A DNA stretch of 64,000 nucleotides from an uncultured bacterium (GTDB lineage Bacteria > Armatimonadota > HRBIN16): positions 1,866-65,865 of the forward strand of contig CAZOGB010000012.1 in NCBI GenBank assembly GCA_964579145.1, written 5' to 3'. The notes under the pieces were generated by a model. It worked only from the letters and a program-made list of their open reading frames with translations, was not told the origin of the DNA and did no database searches. Positions 60,049 through 64,000 of this stretch are shown here, in pieces (the stretch's first letter is position 1; each line of letters begins with the position of its first letter). The translations under genes and the position numbers were made by a program.

Positions 60049-61545
60049 TCACCTCCTGCGAAGGTGCAGAACCCAATCTTGCCCGTCCGGGGCTTCCACA
60101 GCGGTTTCTCTTCTCACAACCATGGGCTTGCCCACATACTTCCCCTGGCGCGGGTCGAACCAGCGGGCAGTGAAGGTGGTTTTGCCATCTTCGGACAGGT
60201 GCACCTGCACCTGTCCCCCCTGCGGAGCGTAAACCACCATCTCTCGCCCCGGCTCCGCCAGGCAAACGCCAGTGCTGGCAGATTCGGGCTGAGGGTTCAT
60301 GCGCCAGAAGGGCAAAGACTGCACAAAGTCGCCCAGTATTTTGAGATGCGCGTAAAATTGCCCCAGTGGTTTGGTAGCTGTGCCCAGTTCGCTGAAGGTC
60401 TTACCGGTGTCTTCACGTCTCTGCCAGCGTCGGGGCGGCACCACCTCGTCGGCGTAGTTAATTTGCCCGCCGCAAAGAGCGATAACCCATGCCGCGTGGC
60501 GCAGGTTGTCAGTGTCCATTCCCGCTTCGCGCTGATAGAAGTTCCCCTCCCACAGGCACTCGTGCGCCACAATTGGCTTGGGCACTTTGCGGAACAGCTG
60601 CACGAACCACGTATATTTCATGAAATCGTGGTCGGTGAGCTTATCCTGAATAGTGTGATAATGGTACCAGTGTGCTTTCTGCACGGTTTCAGAACTGGCA
60701 CGCAGTGAGTGTACACTGATGAGGTGTCTGCCGCCATCCAGTTCCAGCAGGCGATTACCGATGTACTGTATCTCCCGCTCGGAAAAGCCTTCCTCCCATT
60801 CACTGGTCGGCTGAAAGGTAGCGTTCCAGTATCCTCCCCATCGGGCAACCCAGTAGCGCAGGAACAGTTCCCGTTCGCGCTCGGTGGGAATACGCGGCAT
60901 TCCGTTCGTGCCGCCGAACAGGCTGAAGGGAACAAGAACCATACTTCGTTCTGCCATCGCCCGCAAGGCCCTGTCCAGATTCTGCCACAACGTGAGGTTA
61001 AACCGCGAGAAGTCTATACGCCCATCAGCGCGTTGCTCCCATGGCAGACGCGGAACAGGTACACTCGGATGCAGATGCGGTCCTACTACGGTGTTGAAGC
61101 CCTGGCGTTTCAGCCAGTCCAGTGTGCTGTTCAGGGTCTGTTCGGGCAGGGCATCGATATTCCACAGGTGAACTGCCCTCATGTAAAAAGGCGTCCCGTC
61201 GGCGTATTCGAACCAGAGAGCATTTTGCTGGCGAACGCGCAGTGGTCCGTGCAGTTTGCTGGGCACACACCGAAACTCACCGACAGCGGTCTGCGAGCCA
61301 TCCGAAAAGCGCGCTTCATAGCGCCACGTTCCCGTCTCATCAGGCATGAAGCGTACCCGCCAGGTGGAATCGCCGTCGTAGAACCCGGAAACGGTAATCT
61401 TTCGTCCAGAGGGGGCGGTGAGTATTATTTGCAATGTGACGTCGGTGAAGGGATTGGCGTAGCGAGCCTTGCCGGACAGTGCGAGATCCCATAACGACCA
61501 GCGTCCCACCGAATCCATTTGCGTTTGCAGGGAATGCATGGACAC
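60049..61545 (-). CDS. Putative glycoside hydrolase with a DUF5060 N-terminal domain and a DUF4038 catalytic domain (GH140-like)
   Basis: 498 aa. The N-terminal beta-sandwich region followed by a TIM-barrel-like region (HECLWEGNFY) resembles the DUF4038 family. The assignment is tentative. Confidence 0.45.
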   Translation of the reverse strand: MSMHSLQTQMDSVGRWSLWDLALSGKARYANPFTDVTLQIILTAPSGRKITVSGFYDGDSTWRVRFMPDETGTWRYEARFSDGSQTAVGEFRCVPSKLHGPLRVRQQNALWFEYADGTPFYMRAVHLWNIDALPEQTLNSTLDWLKRQGFNTVVGPHLHPSVPVPRLPWEQRADGRIDFSRFNLTLWQNLDRALRAMAERSMVLVPFSLFGGTNGMPRIPTERERELFLRYWVARWGGYWNATFQPTSEWEEGFSEREIQYIGNRLLELDGGRHLISVHSLRASSETVQKAHWYHYHTIQDKLTDHDFMKYTWFVQLFRKVPKPIVAHECLWEGNFYQREAGMDTDNLRHAAWVIALCGGQINYADEVVPPRRWQRREDTGKTFSELGTATKPLGQFYAHLKILGDFVQSLPFWRMNPQPESASTGVCLAEPGREMVVYAPQGGQVQVHLSEDGKTTFTARWFDPRQGKYVGKPMVVRRETAVEAPDGQDWVLHLRRR

Positions 61546-61654
61546 CGATGTTTCCCTCCTCGTTCTTGGGCTGCCCTGCTAATAGACGGGGTAAGGAATA
61601 CTGGCGTTACGCGCAACAGGAGGTGGTTCTTCAGCGGGGCAACGTGTCACACTA

Positions 61655-61824
61655 AATTGACTTCTCCCCTCAAATGTGCTAAACTACAATGGTGCGTTGT
61701 GGAGCATCGCCTGCTGCCGTTGTGCCGTTGTCCCCCTGGGGACAACCGTAGAACGGCACGTAGACGGTGAGAGCGAAGCGACGCACCACAAACCATCCAA
61801 ACGGAAGGGGGAAATGCACGCAGA
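61655..61824 (+). promoter_or_regulatory. rpsO promoter (TTGACT, 17 bp spacer, TAAACT) and a structured leader with nested or alternative hairpins
   Basis: TTGACTtctcccctcaaatgtgcTAAACT. The leader contains gtgccgttgtccccctggggacaaccgtagaacggcac, which has two mutually exclusive pairings; this is reminiscent of S15 autoregulatory leaders. Confidence 0.45.
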
Positions 61825-62100
61825 ATGCCACTGACCAAAGAGCAGAAAGCCGAGATTGTTCGGAAGTACCAGCGGTCGGAAGGCGACACAGGCTCGCCGG
61901 AGGTGCAGATTGCACTGCTGACCGCGCGCATCAGCCTGCTCACCGAGCATCTGCGCCAGCACAAACACGACTACCACACCCGGCGCGGGTTGATGATGCT
62001 GGTTGGTGAGCGCAAGCGATTGCTCGACTATCTGGCTCGGCAGGACATTCAACGCTACCGCGCGCTGGTCAGCTCGCTGGGCATCCGCAGTAAGCAGTAG
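61825..62100 (+). CDS. rpsO: 30S ribosomal protein S15
   Basis: [45 protein letters not shown] is canonical S15. Confidence 0.95.
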   Translation: MPLTKEQKAEIVRKYQRSEGDTGSPEVQIALLTARISLLTEHLRQHKHDYHTRRGLMMLVGERKRLLDYLARQDIQRYRALVSSLGIRSKQ

Positions 62101-62157
62101 CGAATACCTGTACTCAGCCAGACCCAAAGATTTCATCAAGAGGAGTTCCATCTATCC

Positions 62158-64000
62158 ATGATACACACCGTCGAAGTGGAAGTCGCCGGTCAACTCATCC
62201 AGATTGAGACCGGCCGCGTCGCCAAGCAAGCAAACGGTGCCGTTCTTGTGCGTTCGGGCGACACCATCGTGCTGTGCACCGCCACCATGAGCCGGGAAGC
62301 GCGAACCGATATCGATTTCTTCCCGCTGGTGGTGGACTATGAAGAACGTAAATATTCGGTCGGTAAGATTCCGGGAGGTTTCATCAAGCGAGGGGGACGC
62401 CCCAGCGACAAAGCGGTGCTGACCGCCCGCCTGATTGACCGCCCCCTGCGCCCGCTGTTCCCCAGCGGAATGCGCAATGAGGTACAGGTCATCGCCATGC
62501 CCCTGTCGGTGGATAACGAGCACCTGCCCGACGTGCTCTCCATCATCGGCGCGTCCGCCGCGCTGACCGTGTCCAACATCCCGTTCAACGGACCCGTCGG
62601 CGCCGTGCGCATCGGCAGGATGAACAACGAGTGGATTATCAACCCCTCGTTCGACCAGGTGGAAAACGGCGACCTGGACCTGGTGGTGGCGGGAACCAAA
62701 GACTACATCGTGATGGTGGAAGCGGGCGCCAACGAAATCACCGAAGCGCAGATTCTGGAGGCGCTCGACCTCGCGCACGAGTACATCCGCCCCATCTGCG
62801 CCGTTCAGGAAGAGCTCGCCGCCAAAGTGGGCACGGTCAAGGCGGAAGTGCCTATCTACGCCGTACCCGAAGACATCCTGACCCGCGTGCGCGAGCAGTT
62901 CGCCGAGCAGGTGCTTGCGGCGATTCAACAGCCCGACAAATCTGCCCGCGAGGAAGCCATTGAACTGCTCAAGGAGGAGATTGTGCAGGCGCTTCTGCCC
63001 GAATATCCCGAGCAGGAGACCGACCTGCGCGAAGCCGCCGATAAGGTGGTGAAAGAGCAGGTGCGCCGGCTTATCCTCGAGTATAAGGTGCGCCCCGACG
63101 GCAGGAAATACTACGAAATCCGCCCTATCAGCTGCATGGTGGGACTTCTGCCGAGGGTGCACGGCTCTGCCCTGTTCACGCGCGGGCAGACGCAGGTGCT
63201 CACCAGCGTCACGCTGGGGCCGATGGAAGAGGCGCAGATCATCGACACGCTGGAGGAGGACGGCTTCAAGCGCTACATGCACTTCTACAACTTCCCACCC
63301 TACAGCGTGGGCGAGACGCGCCCCCTGCGCGGACCGGGCAGGCGTGAGATCGGGCATGGTGCGCTGGCGGAACGCGCTCTGCGTCCCATGATCCCGCCCG
63401 AAGAGGAGTTCCCCTATGCCATCCTGCTCACCTCCGAGGTGCTGGAATCCAACGGCTCTACCTCCATGGCGAGCGTGTGCGGTTCCACCCTCGCGCTGAT
63501 GGACGCGGGCGTGCAGATTAAGGCGCCGGTAGCAGGGGTAGCCATGGGCTTGATGACGCAGGGCGACGAATGGGTGGTGCTCAGCGACATCCAGGGGATG
63601 GAAGACTTCTCCGGCGATATGGACTTCAAGGTGGCAGGCACCGCGAAGGGCATTACCGCCCTGCAGCTGGACACCAAGATTTCGGGCATCCCGCGACCGG
63701 TGTTCGAGCGTGCGCTGGAACAGGCGCGACAGGGCAGACTGTACATCCTCGAAAAGATGCTGGAGACCATCGACAAGCCTCGCGACCACATCAGCCCCTA
63801 CGCGCCGCGCATCATCGTGATGGAAATCCACCCCGATAAAATCGGCGACGTGATTGGTCCGGGTGGGCGCATCATCAAGAAAATCCTCGCCGACACGGGC
63901 ACACGCATCCAGATTGAACAGGACGGGCGTGTGTACATCGCAGCCGACGACGAAGAGAGCGGCGAGCGGGCACGCAAGATGATCGAAGAGCTCACGCGCG
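62158..64000 (+). CDS. pnp: Polynucleotide phosphorylase, 5' portion (runs off the window end); absent from the ORF track
   Basis: Frame-1 translation from ATG 62158 reads [94 protein letters not shown] upstream. It continues open to nt 64000. Confidence 0.9.
   Translation, partial: MIHTVEVEVAGQLIQIETGRVAKQANGAVLVRSGDTIVLCTATMSREARTDIDFFPLVVDYEERKYSVGKIPGGFIKRGGRPSDKAVLTARLIDRPLRPLFPSGMRNEVQVIAMPLSVDNEHLPDVLSIIGASAALTVSNIPFNGPVGAVRIGRMNNEWIINPSFDQVENGDLDLVVAGTKDYIVMVEAGANEITEAQILEALDLAHEYIRPICAVQEELAAKVGTVKAEVPIYAVPEDILTRVREQFAEQVLAAIQQPDKSAREEAIELLKEEIVQALLPEYPEQETDLREAADKVVKEQVRRLILEYKVRPDGRKYYEIRPISCMVGLLPRVHGSALFTRGQTQVLTSVTLGPMEEAQIIDTLEEDGFKRYMHFYNFPPYSVGETRPLRGPGRREIGHGALAERALRPMIPPEEEFPYAILLTSEVLESNGSTSMASVCGSTLALMDAGVQIKAPVAGVAMGLMTQGDEWVVLSDIQGMEDFSGDMDFKVAGTAKGITALQLDTKISGIPRPVFERALEQARQGRLYILEKMLETIDKPRDHISPYAPRIIVMEIHPDKIGDVIGPGGRIIKKILADTGTRIQIEQDGRVYIAADDEESGERARKMIEELTR

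Noticed and set aside
62152-63831. 559-aa minus-strand ORF
   Set aside because: It is antisense to pnp, whose plus-strand translation is unmistakably PNPase.

Overview
This is a 64 kb window from a high-GC (about 62%) bacterium, read from the raw sequence and the ORF track only; nothing was searched. The organism looks diderm: it has a TolC-family outer-membrane channel, a PEP-CTERM protein, SLH domains, and a prepilin-type DUF1559-like protein of the kind common in Armatimonadota and PVC-group bacteria. The lineage is not resolved. Gene density is high with many 1-4 nt start/stop overlaps. High GC generates many long antisense ORFs that I treat as artefacts.

Contents, in order:
- The 3' end of purL, immediately followed by a translationally coupled MNT/HepT toxin-antitoxin pair.
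- That pair is coupled in turn to a carbohydrate-catabolism gene string: a UxaE-like epimerase, an SGNH hydrolase, a 2-hydroxyacid dehydrogenase, a large secreted DUF4838 glycosidase, and tpiA.
- A sigma70 promoter driving tRNA-Arg(TCT) and tRNA-His(GTG).
- A PEP-CTERM beta-rich secreted protein.
- A candidate yybP-ykoY manganese riboswitch with an intrinsic terminator, directly upstream of a TerC-family gene.
- Rhamnulokinase, an SBP-less NitT/TauT-type ABC transporter, and a LemA gene paired with a GIDE-like membrane protein.
- A tight three-gene cassette of unrecognisable proteins.
- An RRM RNA-binding protein with a structured 5' UTR, then mutS2.
- A Walker-A-degenerate GspE-like protein carrying tandem MshEN (c-di-GMP receptor) motifs.
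- A predicted exported redox module: Tat-DUF362 lipoprotein, NapH-like polyferredoxin, Tat-DUF362, TlpA-type thiol-disulfide oxidoreductase, and an SLH-anchored FAD oxidoreductase.
- A PAS hybrid histidine kinase and several large secreted hypothetical proteins.
- A TolC-family protein, an XRE-HTH/ImmA-type metalloprotease gene next to a PIN-domain gene, and xerC-trmFO.
- rhaA placed inside a capK-like/GT4 polysaccharide gene string.
- A complete hdrCBA-mvhDGA operon with a hydrogenase maturation protease, fronted by a roughly 300 bp AT-rich island.
- rpsO with a structured leader, and the 5' part of pnp. The pnp gene is missing from the ORF track because it runs off the window.

The most notable unexplained signal is a dispersed intergenic element of about 110 nt present in three copies. 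It has TIR-like ends and conserved hairpins, and one stem shows compensatory base changes between copies, so it is either a MITE/REP-like repeat or a structured RNA family.
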